Source of the DNA: Gnetum montanum
Lineage: Eukaryota > Plantae > Gnetophyta
NCBI GenBank assembly: GCA_015680685.1
Contig: MNCI01001988.1
Location: 147,799 to 211,798 of the forward strand
Direction: 5' to 3'
DNA length: 64,000 bases
Under the pieces are notes generated by a model. That model was not told the DNA's origin and made no database searches. It saw only the letters and a program-made list of their open reading frames with translations. The position numbers and the translations under genes are program-made. Position 1 is the stretch's first letter. Each line of letters begins with the position of its first letter. Positions 50,040 through 64,000 of this stretch are shown here, in pieces.

Positions 50040-52450
50040 GCTTGAGCTTGAAATTTGAAGTATTTCTTCCTCTAAATTCTTTGGTTGATTTTCAAGAGTC
50101 TCCTCTTCCAGAATCTTTTTGAAATCCTTGTTACAAGAGGTTATTTTCTGAATCTTAGCTTTAATGTCTAAGATTTATTTTTTCAATTCATCATGAATAA
50201 CTTCTAGCTTAGAAAGTACTAATTTATTTACCTTCCTAATCAAATGATGCAAATGAAAATTTTCTTCTCTAAATTCACTATACCTCTTGTCATGCTTACC
50301 ATTTTGTTCACCCATATGTAAGGAAGGTTCATCTATATTAACCCCATGAAAATGAGATGTGAATATTTGGAAGAATTACATGCTTCTTATTCACTTTATT
50401 CACCATCATCCCAACTTCTATAGAAGTTGGTCTTTTTGGTTCCTCATCATTGGATCTATTCTTAGGCTGAACCTTGTTGTCATTTGTATTACTAGGATAT
50501 TTGAAGGCCATATGGCCTCTTCCTCCACAAACCCAACATTCTATAGGAGAAAAGTCCAAGTTAGAAGAATTTAAAAAATTTCTACCTCTATCTCTTTCTT
50601 TGAAGAAATTAGGTCTTTGTTATTGCTAAGATGCCCTTTTGTTTCTTCTAGTAAGCAAGTGTTGTAGTTTCCTTGAAAGAAGAGCAATCTCATCTTTGTT
50701 GCCATCATCATGCTCATTAACCTCCTTCTCCTTTGAGGTAGTCTTCAACACAATGGGTCTTTCTTGATTAGTTCCTTCACTTATTACGTTCATTTCATAG
50801 GCAATGAGAGCACTTTGAAGTTCCTCAAATTTTAGAGTTGAGAAATATTTGATTTCCTCTAGGGGGATGATCTTTGGTCTGAACTATAAATGTAGAGTTC
50901 TAATCATCTTGATAATTACATCACTTTCAAGAAAATCCTTTTCTATTCCTATAATTTTGACAACACGATTGTTAGTTCTAGAAATATAATTTTTTATTTT
51001 CTCACCTTCTCTCATTTTGAGTTTATCATATTTACTTTGTAAAACTAATAATTTTAATTTCTTAACAATAGAGGTTCCTTTATAAATAGCTTCTAAATTT
51101 TACCAAATTTCTTTGGCCATTTCACATCCTTCTACCTTATTAAATTTTGATTTATTCAAAGCACAATATAAATAATTTTTTCCTTTGAATCAAACATGAA
51201 CTTATCCTTTTCTTCTTGAAACCTATTATGAGGCTTGATGATGCTGGTGGTATCATCAATAGGTGGAGAATAGCCTTCCAAAATTGACTCCAATACTTTA
51301 AACTTTATAGATCCAAAGAATCCTTACATCCTAGCTTTCTAGTAGGTAAATTTGAATCCATCAAACATTGATGGCTTTGTGTAAGATGTCCCCTCCATTT
51401 TTCACTCTTGAAGTTGTTGATGACAAAAAAGAGTACCAGGTTCTGATACCACTTGTAAATCATTGCACTTAGAAGGGGTAAGGGGGATGAATAAGTTCAC
51501 CAAATTAAAACTTAAACAAATAAAGCACACACCCCAAATTTAATGTGGTTCCCTAGCATAGGTAGTCCACACTTAGAGGGTAGATTGCAATCACACATCT
51601 AGACATTGTTATTCTCAAAATGTGATTGAAGGGTCCACACCCTATATAGTCTTCAAGACCCACTCTGGAGTGTTCTACCATAGCACCAATCACTTAACCT
51701 TGTAAGATCCCTTCACATTTGGAAATGTGATTTCTAGGCTTCCACAACCTTTACAATCTTAAGCTCCACATCAGAGTGTTTGCAACACTAATAACTCAAT
51801 CCCATAGAATCTTGACAAGCTCAAACAAGATGCCTTCTTAAAAGAAGCACATCAACCCCACAGTGCAGCAAGGGAGAATAATTACAAGGGATAAATGCAA
51901 CTCAATTTTTTGATCCTTATACATTTAGGTACAACACGCTTTACAATGTTAAAATGATAATACAATGAGGAGCAACAAAAAATACAAATGATTACAAATA
52001 AGCATGCACATTTACCAATGCACATAAAGTCTTCTTATAGCTATTGTGTTTCTAAATCCATCTTGGGACTTGTGCAACAACTAGCCAACAATCATTAATG
52101 ATCATAGGAGACATCTCTCTAAATTTACCTTCAATTATAATATAAGATTTCTCAAATTATAGTTTGTAAAAGATTTATTTGGTATGTTGATTTTTTGGGT
52201 TTCTAATATAATGTGAGCAAAGTCTCTCTTGTCATCCTTTCCTTGTTTCTAAAGAGCATAATCTTCCTATTGTAGTTTTGAAAACATTGAATGTAATGAT
52301 TCATTTTTGTTAAGGAGTCTTTTTTTCCTTTTCTTAAGTTCTAACATTTTAGTCATGGAGAGATTGTCATCTTCATCAATCAGAGAAACAACATATGTTT
52401 TAATTACTTCACAAACATCATTAACTTCAAGAAGCCCTTTTATCATGTTC
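50040..52450 (-). mobile_element. Truncated Ty1/copia (SIRE-like) element: 5' LTR from 51454, tRNA-Met PBS at 51439-51451, decayed gag at 50040-51398
   Basis: PBS TGGTATCAGAACC; gag MEGTSYTKPSMFDG...AKEIW; knuckle CWVCGGRGHMAFKY; LTR-end motif GGGGGATGAATA. No pol found; the outer LTR boundary is approximate. Confidence 0.8.
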
Positions 52451-53366
52451 TTCCATAGAATAATGTCTTGGTTGTCATTAGAAATGATAATATATTTTGC
52501 AATTTATTTATTATAACTTATGATGAAATTAACTCTAATAATAGTGTAAATATTTTGGTGTAATCTTTAGATGTGATAGATTTAAGATTCTAATAAAACT
52601 TAAAATGTTGAAAATTGAAATAAATTTGGATAGGTAAATATGAGAAGTTAAAGAGATGTATGAGGTAAGGAGAGCCAAAAAAATCATACTTAACCTTTAT
52701 TCTTCAATTGCAAATGCATTACATCATGGTATGACCTTAGTATTTATAGAAAATGATTAGGACCATACTAGAGGATAATGAAAAGTTATTTCCTAATTAT
52801 AAAAATTAATAAATTATGAAAAAATGATAAATTAGGGCCAAAAATAAGTGAATCCATGCATCAATTTATAAAATAAAAGGTAATTTAATTTTATATTTTT
52901 GTTTTAGATGAAGATAAATAAATTAAATGGCTTTAGTTCATAAATTAAAAGGCATGCTAGGATGTCACTTGCATTACGACTAAATAATCATGAATTAAAC
53001 AATTACTTTTATGGTAAACTAAGAAATATTCATAAATAATTAACTACTTTTTCCCACTTGTAGAGCTTTTATAAAGAAGTGATAATATAATTAATTTAAT
53101 CCAAACTATTTCCAAAATATAGCTTTATAGAAGAGAAAGGGTAATCATACTAAAGGCTGTGTCCATAGTTGCTTACATACCGTTTTAAAATTGATAAAGA
53201 TTTAGGGTCACCTAGTTCTTAGATATTAATAAATAACACCAAGAATAAAATACATACATAGATTAGGACTATTCATTTACAATGGAATATTACTACTAAT
53301 TTTTTAAATGGTTGTATTATATTCTATGCTTATTTACAAGATTATTACCTTATATGTTATAAGTTA

Positions 53367-54600
53367 TAAGTTTAATTATGATTGGATTATCATTATGCTA
53401 TTTTTTTCATATAATCTTTTATATTTTTAATGAATTATTTTGATTTATTTTGTTTAGTATTATTTCTTATAATAGTTTTACTTTTATAAAACTAATTGTT
53501 ACAACCTTCAAAATAAATTTTTTTACAACTAACCATTTTTTCTCTAGTTATTGTATATTTTAAAATTTTTTCTTTTTTTGTACAACTATCTATTTTTATT
53601 ATAGTTATATCTTTAAATTAATTTTTAAATTTTTAGCCTTTTCTTATCACTAACTATTTTCCCCTAAAACTAACTATTACCCACTATATCTCAACAAGCT
53701 ACTAACTGTAATGTTATTTATTTTCTCTCTAACCCTTGAGAAATTAATTGCATTTGATGATGAATCTAGCATGTTTCAAAATGTCTTGCAAAGAAAAAAT
53801 AGGAAAGCTATGGATGACACTAATAATCTCCCTTAGACCTTGAAAGAACAAAATTGAGAGCATTATGATTAAATCACTTAATAATTAAAATTATAAAATC
53901 AAGAATTAACATATAAATAAAAATTTTATGCCATTCAATTAGATAAAATAATAGTGTCATAGAATATTCTTTAGAAGTAGTAAGTTTAATTATGATTGGA
54001 TTATCATTATGCTATTTTATTTTAGTTTAATATTTTATATTTTTTAATAAATTATTTTTATTTACTTTTGATTTATTTTGTTTAGTGTTGTTTCTCATAA
54101 TAGTTTTACTTTTCCTAAAATTGGCTATTATAACCTTTAAAAATAAATTTTTTTTACAACTAGCCATTTTTACTATAGCTATTATATCTTGTAAAATTTA
54201 TTACTTTTTGCAACTAGATATTTAGTTATTTTATCTTTAGTTAGTTTTTTATTTTTTAGTGTTTTTCTTGGCACTAACTATTTTTCCCTAAAACTAACTA
54301 TTACCCACTACATCTCAACTAGCTACTAATTTTATTTCTATTTATTCTCTTTCATCCTTGAGAAATTAACTGCAATTGATGATGAATATAGTATGATTCA
54401 AAATGTCTGGTAAAGAAAAAATAGAAAAGCTATAGATGGATCTAACAATCTTCTTTAGACCTTAAAAGAAAAATTTTTAGAACAACATGCTTATATCACT
54501 TAATACTTAAAATTATAAAATCAAGAATTAACATATAAATAAAAATTATATGCATTTCAATTAGAAAAACTAATAGTGTAATAGAATCTTCTTACAATAG
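53367..54600. repeat. Two-unit AT-rich tandem duplication, 614-nt period
   Basis: TAAGTTTAATTATGATTGGATTATCATTATGC at 53367 and 53981, with continuous downstream similarity. Confidence 0.9.
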
Positions 54601-54815
54601 ATGGATAACATCCTAATACAAGAATAGGAGTGAACTATAAGAAATCAGTTATATTATAAAGGATAGAAGTTAGACTTACTTGAACCTTAAGGAACTTATT
54701 GTTGAACTTCTTCTATTATCTTACACTCTTAAGGACTTATGCTTCCTTATCCTTTTGAGTGGTTCCTTCTCTACTTGCTTAGTGTATCTAAGGGATAGTG
54801 ATAACTTGTTATTTA

Positions 54816-57800
54816 TGTTAGGAAATTAAGGTATCCAAGATAAGGTTACCTGAGTTCAATAAACCAATTGATAATAAGTTACACAAATATGCAAACCATG
54901 ATAATGTAAGTTTATGAACATGGTGGTTATAAAAAACTAAAAAGATTGGAACATATATTGATCCACAAATAGTCATATGTATATGTATATAAGATTGTGA
55001 TTGCAATAGATCAGAAAATAATATGCAAATATCATGATAATACCCAATTGTGTACTAAGACAACAATGGTTATGAAGTTAGATAATTAATGCAGTGAAAT
55101 AAAATGTGAAGGCAAAGATATTAAGATAGAGGTCTTGATATATATAAGATAAAGGTAAGAACGAAAAACATAATGAACAACCATGGACATTAGAGTCAAT
55201 GGTTATAGTCTATACACCACACTATAAAGTATATATATATATTATGTGTAAAATTTTCATAATAACTTTCCTTTTAAGGCTCAACCATGTAAGGGATACA
55301 TCTTTAGTTAATAGACATGTATCATAACTAATCATACAAAAACATTATTAGTCTATTATATAAATTGCCATAGTTATACATCTAGATATATATAACTTAT
55401 ATTAATGTTGATATTTAACATGAAATACCTAACATATCTTCTCAAACTTAGTGTGGATACAATTTCTAACAAGATCTCAACTTCAATTTGTATAATAAAT
55501 TTTTTGTGATTATAAAATTTTTATCCAGTCACCTTTGAATAAAAAAAAAATTAAGAAAGGGTTTTCTAAAAATTTGATTTTCCTTTTCTTACATTTAGGA
55601 TTAAAGAATTATGTTCAAAGACATCATGATTAAGAGAAATTTAAATTATGCTTATTGAGGGTTCCTCTTTTGTTTTCATTTTTGATGTTTAATAACTATG
55701 AGTATAATATAAGAATTATACATTTCTTTAAGCTAACAAAACTACTTATCTAGATTTTCAACATATGTTTAATAGTTATGGATTTTTGTTTAGTAAACCT
55801 TCTTGATTACATCTCCAATATAATAATCATTCCTCAAAAAGAATAAAAAGGAAATTGGTTAGAAAATAATTTAGAGGGAATAGTTATTTGAAAATGTGAA
55901 CAACACAAGAAATTTTAAATACATAATTCAACAAAGGTAGAAAACTATAAGAAGTCATAGATCTTCATAAATTTTCCCTTAATAAAATCTATTGGAACTT
56001 ATTCATGATTTGATTTAGTAAATTTAAAATTTAGTACAACATTAAATTCATGGAGTTTATGACCATGAACAATATTTAACTCATCCATGATTTGAAAAGA
56101 AGAGAACTAAATACTTCCTTTATAACTATGAAATGTTCAGAGGAAGTGGATGAAGAGGATGTAGGGGAAGAGATGTAGTTATTACAATTACTTGCTTACT
56201 TATGATTGATCAATGGTTGAAGGAAGATTTGGAATAGTTATATTATTGGATATGTTGAGCTAGAATAGATATATTATTACTAATTATAACATTTAAGAGC
56301 TTATAAACATCCTCAGAGATCTACATAGAATCTGACAAGGGGTTTATTTGTTGAAGTAGTTCATGGGTCTTGTTTTCAGCTTCCAAATTCCCACAAATCT
56401 CCTCCTTTTCTTGTTGTATATTTTCCTTGGTTTTGATCTTGATATCAAGATTTCACCTTATCGAAGAAAGACTATCTAATACAAACTTTTCCAAAAGCTT
56501 TACCTTACACAAATTAATGATTATTAAGACCACCTTAATCTAGAACTTCTTATTCTACTCTACCAATTACAACTACATGACATTAATCATGAAATGTGGA
56601 AGATCTTTAGATTTATTTAATAGTATAAGCTCCTTCATTACTTGCTTTCCTTTCTTCAGTAGTAAAAAATTTCTCCTTTTATATTTTTCAAATTGTTTCT
56701 GGATTGAGCTATTCGATAGCCCTTGGATCTCCAAGTCTCTTAACTTTTATTTTAGTTCATTCACCTTTGTCAAAGTGTCATAGTAGATGGATTATGCTTT
56801 TACCAGCTTCACCTCTACCTTCATGCCTCACATGAAATAAGATAGTACATAATAATAGGAATAAACAAGAGAGATGAGTATCTTATTTTTGGTAGAGATG
56901 ATAGTTTATTTTTTGCAAAATTCTACATATTTATCATTATGCTCTCCATGAACTTGAATTATAGGTACTCATAACTACACTTTGTTAAGCTTTTCTAGGT
57001 AGATATGATCATCTAGAATATCTTTCTTAATGGTTAAGTTCAAAAAAGTAACTGTGGGTTCATACTCTTGGAATTTATTTTCTAGGGCATTAGAGTGCAT
57101 GATTAGATTTAAGCATGACTTTTCGAGAACCATTATAGTTCTTCTTCTTTAATCCTCCTCTTCTTCTTCACTCTTGTCCTATTCTTTCCAGATGATAATT
57201 TTGGCCTCATACAACTTACTATTGACTTTGTTATCACTTATTCTCACAAGGATCTAAACTGTTGTGAACTCTATATGTGACATACTAGATATATATTAAA
57301 AGAATAAAAGCATGAGAGTAATGTGCCTTATTGAAATTATAACATAATATTATTTACTACATCTTATTTTTTAAGACCATAAACTAATTAATCTTAATCC
57401 AAAATGATACTTATGAATGTAGTATACTAAGTGCTCTTTAGAATGTACCAATTTTTTTATTTCACTTAATGATGAGGGCAAAAATGATTGATGTCATGCT
57501 ACTCCATGTTTCTTGCAAAAAGAATCATGGAAATCATGAGTTTGCCAACTTGTCAAATTTATTAAAACTAATGGTATCTTTAAACATGTAGAGGAGATTA
57601 ACATGATTAATATTGACTGCATCTACCTAATTATCACTCATAATGATTCTAAAGTAAAACCTTGAATACTTGGAAGATAACTTTGGAAGCTTGTAAACCT
57701 TATCAAATTTAGTAACTTTTATTTGTAAGAAATATTGCTTGATAATCAATCTTTGGTAGTATGAATGTAGCAAATAAAAAATGTCTAGATGCAACAAACT

Positions 57801-59111
57801 TCATAGGAATCTCTTCAATTAATTCTTTCAAACCATTGATTAGATAATTATGCATGAAAAATTTAAATTCCAATGTAATGTAGGAATTCGCTAATTTCTT
57901 AGTTATCTCCTCTATTTAGGACTATAAAAATTTTAAAACTATAGTATAATATGATGTTAGTACATTGCATAGAGAACCTATTTCCAAAGTCAAATCCTTA
58001 CTACACAAGTACTTCAATGATGAACCCTCATTAATAGTAATGATATCATTTCATTTTGGCATCATATCTAATTATATAAAATGAATTATAAATAATTGAT
58101 ATAAAATTTCATTAATTGAAAGGAAAAACATAGTGAAATAACATGTAACAATAAGTGTTTCAGAAATTTTACCTAAGTTTAGGTAGAACAACTAGAAGCA
58201 TAGGTGAAGAGTGAATAGGAAGCGAACAACCAATTCAACTTGCAATTCAACAAATTGTTATCATAGCAAGAAAATCCAAATTCAGATGAAATTCTTCATA
58301 ATCAAAGAGTAGCTCACAAGAAACAAGTAGTAAGTTTGTGCTATAAATGTGCCCTAAATCCTATGTCACAACGTGATATAAATAATTTTTTAAATTACAT
58401 GGTGCATTAAATGCTACCAACAAGCTACAACTATTGGCTTTTGTAATTCATTGTTATGATTAATAAAGGATAGATAGTTTAATCAACCTAGCTCCAATAC
58501 CAAGTTAGGAATTTGAGGTTTCCAAGATGGGTAGAATTAAGTTCAACCAACCAATTAATAATAAGATATACAAATATGCAAACTATGATAATGTAAGTTT
58601 ATGGAGATGATGATTATAACAAACTAGAATGATTATATAATATATTGACCTACAAACAATGATATGTACATGCATTTAATAATGTGATTGCAACATACCA
58701 TGAAACATTATGTAAATATCATGACAATACCCAACCATGTACCGAGATAATGGCAGTTATGAAGTTAGAGAATTAATACAATGAAATAAAGTATTAAAAT
58801 AGAGATATTAGTAGATATAAGACAAAGGTAAGAGAAAATATCATAATAAATAATCATGGGTATTAGAGTTAATAGCCATGATTTATACACCACACTCTAA
58901 AGTGTGTATATGTGTTGTGTGTAAAATTATCATAGTAACTTTCCTTTTAAAGCTTAACCAATTAAGCAACATATTTTTAGTTAACGATCATATCTCTTCT
59001 TAATCATTCATACAACAACATGATTAGTCTTGATGATGTAAACTACTATAGTTGTACATTTAGAGATGTATACTTATGTTAAGGTTTATATTTAACATGA
59101 AATCCTAAACA
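54816..59111 (-). mobile_element. 4.3-kb LTR element with both LTRs (54816-55434 and 58503-59111), PBS and 5-bp TSD; interior heavily decayed
   Basis: LTR termini TGTTAGG...CCTAACA; PBS TGGTATTGGAGCT at 58490-58502; ATTTA at both 54811-54815 and 59112-59116. Confidence 0.88.
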
Positions 59112-60379
59112 ATTTATAAACATTAGAAGGGAGGGATCTTTTAGTTCAAAAAGTTCTATATTTAGTGAGGGTATTTAAGGGCTAGAAATTATTACTTTTA
59201 CTAAAATATTTTAGGAGAATATTTTTTCTAGAAAGAGATATTTTAACATTTTAAAACGTTCTAGTAAAAATATCCTCTCCACCTAACCTCCCACTTATTT
59301 TTGCCTTATGTATTTGCTTTTACCTATACTTATCCCCATTTCTATTTATTTTACCAAGGATACTATTAATTCATCATCTTTTACTAATTTTATTATTTAT
59401 GTATTTTATTTTATTGATTTTACAATTCATTTATTGTCTTTTACTGAGTTACTATTCATTTATCTTAAGTTACCATTTACTTTTATAGTTTATCCTTTTT
59501 CCATGATTTGTATACTTTCCCAAGCATACATTTTTCCAAAAAAAATTTAGTCCTTTCTAGTCATGCATTGTCATAACAATAGAATAAGTAATTTTATTCT
59601 ACTCAATATATGAAAAATAGATATTTTATTATAGTCTAGAAGTACATCCAAGATACATTACATATTAATATGTTCAAATTACTAACTTAGGTAAGATACA
59701 TATTATTACATTCATAATATAGATTGATGTTTAAATGGAACATTATACTTGATTTTATATTTCTTCTTGATTGTTTTTATGAGTTTGTACTCCTACATAC
59801 TTTTTAATTGGAGGATTTTCATAATTCTAGGTTTAATACTAGTGTATAATGTAGGAAGTAAATAGTTTTTTCTAATACTTTTCTTTGAAAAAAAGCCATT
59901 TAATTATTTTTTTGGTAGGTGGGGGGCATGTTGGAACCTTAAAATAATTGTAATAAAGGTATACCCTAACATATATAGTCTAATTAGAATTTTATAACTC
60001 AACATTGGAAACTAGAATCAAATCCATTACTTGATGTTTTCAAATCAAGAGTCTTATCATTAGACTAACAGCTTATTGTCTAAGTAGAACTATAAGATAA
60101 AATTAAGACATAGTAAATATTTTATAAATTGATGTGTAGATGGATTCTATTTTAATGCCAATTCATTATGATTTTTTCTAATTTATTTATTTTTATTCAA
60201 GTGAAAAATCTTTTCATTGTTTTCTATTATGGCCCCATGTGTTTCCTCTAAGGGCTAAGTTTCAATTTTAAAAGGGTTTCTCATTTAGGTCTCATTTTTT
60301 GATTTTTCTTCTTTGATTTTCCTTGAGTGGATTTGATCTCTTTAGAACTCTTGGAGTAGGTTCATTTCAATATTAAAAT

Positions 60380-63300
60380 CACCTTGCAAACATTAAATTC
60401 AAATATTATGAAAAGACAACAATATGCTAGAAAATAAGAAAACTAGATATTTTTAATAATTTGAAAGAGAAGATTACAACAAGGTTCCTCAATCCACCAA
60501 ACATCCACAAATTTAACTCACAAAATTTACAAGATGTTGTAGAGCATGAGGCTCTGCAACCACATAATGGTTGTTTCTAATGCAAGAAACAGCCAAGAGA
60601 GAATTTTTCCCATAACTTGGAATTAAGATCTCAACTCATAGGACACAAGATATACTATGTTAATACTCACTCAATTGAATAAGAGTTGCAACACACTCAT
60701 GCACTGTTCACATGTGCTCTCTTGACATCTTATGACATCTCACTCACATTTATCTATGATACAATCATGAATCATAATCCACCTTTATTAACTAAGTAAG
60801 ATAAAAAACCTAATAAACCTCATCAATCATAACTTGAAGATTCTTCAACCATTTTCAAACTTAAAATGATAATTTTGGAAGTTTTCTTGCATGTTTGGGT
60901 TGTCTCTAGCCTTTCTAGAATGCCTTTTGCCAAAACTAGAAATGCTAGGGATACATCTCCTATGAACCTAAGATGTCTTTTGTATAGAGAGGATGTATTA
61001 GCCTAATCTAAGATGTCTCAGTAACTTGTGAGACATCTCACACTAAAATGGGATGTTCCATCCAATGTTGGGATGTCTCACTTGAGATGTCTAAAATTTT
61101 CTTAAGATGTTCCTTAAACCTATGATGTATCCTATAAGGTCTTAACTCCCAATTGTAATGTCTTCTATTCTCTAAGACATCTCTCTTGAGAGATCATATC
61201 TTAGGAAAGAAAACTCCATGGTCTTCAAGATGTCTCCATGAAGTCCAAAACTTGTAAAAACACATACGTATAGAAGAGAACAATGGGATCAGAAGAGATA
61301 TCACTATACCAACTCTTTCATCCATCCAAAAGCGAACTCATGTGAACAAGGAAGTAGGGGTTGAAGTAATCCCACACTCATGAATTTTAGTCTCATGGAT
61401 CCATACAACATCATCAATGGATTGATCCTTCCAATGGATCAACTACTCATGCCTCTTCACTCTCTAAGTGCTAAAATCTTTCCTTTGCTTGAGTACAATG
61501 GCCTTTCTCTCCATTGAATTCTTGAACTAATCAATAATCCTCTTCAACTCATCAATGTTACCGTATATGATTGTCTCATTAAGTGATCCATATATTGCAC
61601 AAGATCAAAAATATTAAATATAAAAGATATACTAACATCATTTGGAAAATCAATTTCAAAAGGATTATTATTAATCTTGGCCTTTATTATGAAAGGCCAC
61701 ATCTTCTTAGCTTTCAACTTGGAGAAGTTGACACATCTCAACTACTTCTTCTTCAAGAGCACCTAAACAATGTTACCAATAACAAAGTTTGACTTTTGTT
61801 TGTTCTCATTCCTCTTAAGGGCTCTCTCTTAAGCCTTATTTTCAAGAGTTGATTTTAATTGTGCATGAAGATCTCTCAACTCTTGGATAAAATTAGCACT
61901 CAATTGAGCTTCACCATAAAATCTTTTGAAGGTTTTCACCATCTTAGGAAAAAAATCATAATTCAACTTAAATGAGGTTTTTCCAATGGTAACCTGAAAA
62001 ACATCATGGTAAGAAAATTCAGCCTTCTTTTTCTTCTTTGTGTTGGGAAGTCTTTCATTCATCCTTCCTACACTATCAAAATCACAATATAAATTGCCTT
62101 CATACTTTCCATCCATTTTATAGCCTAGACAATTAATTTCATCACTATCAATGTTCACATCCACATTAATAATTACTTTCTCATTATGACTACTACTATA
62201 TCCATCAGTATTAAATACAAAATTTGACACATTACCACTATTAGTCTTTCTTTTACTAATAATTATATCAAAGGTTACATTACTTCTATCATTCACAACA
62301 TAACTTACAACTTCATCACAATCATCATAATGAGCATGATTCTCATCATTACAATTGAGCAAACCACTATCAAGATGAAGTGAAAAACTAGCATCCCACA
62401 CACTTTCTTTCATATCAGAGGTATTACTATCATTATTAAGGTAAAGCTCAAATTTATTTACCTCTTCATGGCTTCTCCCATCCAACCTTGGTTCAGCTAG
62501 ATCTTCAACACATGGTTGTTCAATCTCATCAAAGCTTAAATCTTTAAGATTCTACATAGGAGTTCCCAATATCAATGATTTCTCCTCTTCATTAAGCACA
62601 CTCAAATTGGAAAAATCATTCAAAACTTCCACATGATATATGATGAAATATACCACATGCATTCTAGATAATCCCTCAAGCACCACATTGGCTTTCCCAC
62701 TTTTGTGTGCCTCCCTTGGCATAAGCACTACTATAACTACATAAGGTAAAATGGATTTACTCATGAAGCCATTACAAGTAACTCCTCTACTTTCCCTTGT
62801 AATTTTGACTGTTAATTTGATGCCATTCAGTATGATCTCTTATTTGGAATGGTAGCACTAGGGATGAAATCAATATGATGATATATATTTCTCATTAGTG
62901 GCAATCCATCCAATTCCCTCTTGAATACCTTGGGAAATTTCTCCTTCAAGCCTAACACACCTATAGAAAATTTAACCTACACATCATCAAAATTAGAAGA
63001 AACTATTGATACAACAACAAATGCAAACCCTATTTCATTATGTTTCTTAATATATTTCCTCTTTCCTAGAAGGATTAAGGAAGCATTAAGTTAGTTTTTC
63101 TGCCTCACTTGTTTAGCCATCATGGGAATCAACTCATGGATTTCATCAAATCTAGCTATACTCCATTCATTTCTTGCTCCATCAAACTAAGCACCATTAT
63201 CAAAATTCCAAGGTCTACTAATACTTACATCATTAAAATCTATTGGAAGCATATCATACTTCGCAATATCATGAAAACATTCAAATTTAAATTTTAAAGT

Positions 63301-64000
63301 ACATTTTTTACTCACATCTTGAGAGAGATATCTAGACAACCAATGCACTTTATATTGTCTAGAATGAGGATTAGTTACCAAATCCAATTGAGAAATCATA
63401 CTAAAAGCCATACCTTTTAATCTATATTTAGCAATAGGTACCCTCAAGTGATTTGGTACCTATTCCAACTTAAAGTGCTTGTTAAGTGTCTTTAGCTAAC
63501 TTGAAAAAACATTTGTGTCATCTATATTACTAAAAGTTTTCAACTCAATGTACATAATTCTTGCAACATTTTTGAATGCTCTAGCAAGTGTTGCCTCATC
63601 TTCTTCATCTAGCTTGCCAAGAGGAGAAGTAGTTGCCACTATTGGAGTCCTCAAAATTCTCATACAAGGAATAGGATTCCCTTTCATTAGAATCCTAGGT
63701 AGATGGGTTCCTACACTCTCATAGCTAGATTATCCTTTCTCATAATCTATTCCATCTTCACTAGGCTGTAAAACTTTCTCATTTGTACATGAATGCTCAC
63801 CACCTCCATGTATCTAGATACGACGAGGACCTACATTCTTTTTTACATTTATGATGAGTTCATCCAACTAAGAAAACATTAGTTGGAAAGTATAATTCAT
63901 GCTCTCCATGTCTTTATTCAAGGCTTGAACCTGTTTCTTCTTAGACACCATTTGAATTTGACAAAATTCTCTAAGCAAGTCCAAGCCACAATCAACCAAA
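60380..64000 (-). mobile_element. Internally deleted chromovirus (CRM-like) Ty3/gypsy element; 3' LTR about 60380-61303
   Basis: CRM-type protease region (PHSRQYKVHWL...ISRPWNFD), RH tail (HKSGKANVV..LSR), INT C-terminus (SKLKAKK.WPF...FNIFDL) and chromodomain-like LIHWKDQSIDDVVW. RT and INT cores are missing; the left LTR boundary is approximate. Confidence 0.8.

Noticed and set aside
59560-59720. Possible copia RNase H trace (YCYDNA on the minus strand)
   Set aside because: Too short and degenerate to support.

Overview
This is repeat-dense, AT-rich land-plant DNA made almost entirely of old, nested, mutationally decayed LTR retrotransposons. I found no intact host gene, RNA gene or CRISPR array. 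The dominant family is a Ty3/gypsy Tat/Ogre-type element with domain order RT-RH-aRH-INT, present three times: A1 (1-10399, +), a diverged relative C (10400-22408, -) and A2 (28458-46725, -). In A2, the only copy with every module inside the window, gag-protease and RT-RH-aRH-INT are about 6 kb apart. The gap holds an ANTISENSE multi-exon gene that recurs in all three copies with matching intron positions; A1 and A2 also show its own TATA box. Manual splicing gives an N-terminal FCP1/NIF-like HAD domain with substituted catalytic aspartates (a probable pseudophosphatase), then a plant-transposon accessory domain and a coiled coil. Arrays of a short GACCTTAAACTAG-type motif border the internal modules. 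Other contents: Athila-like fragments in inverted orientation, a Tekay-type chromodomain remnant, a truncated SIRE-like copia, a 4.3-kb element with paired LTRs and a TSD, a deleted CRM-like chromovirus, and several tandem duplications. All domain calls come from motif recognition by eye, not from searches.
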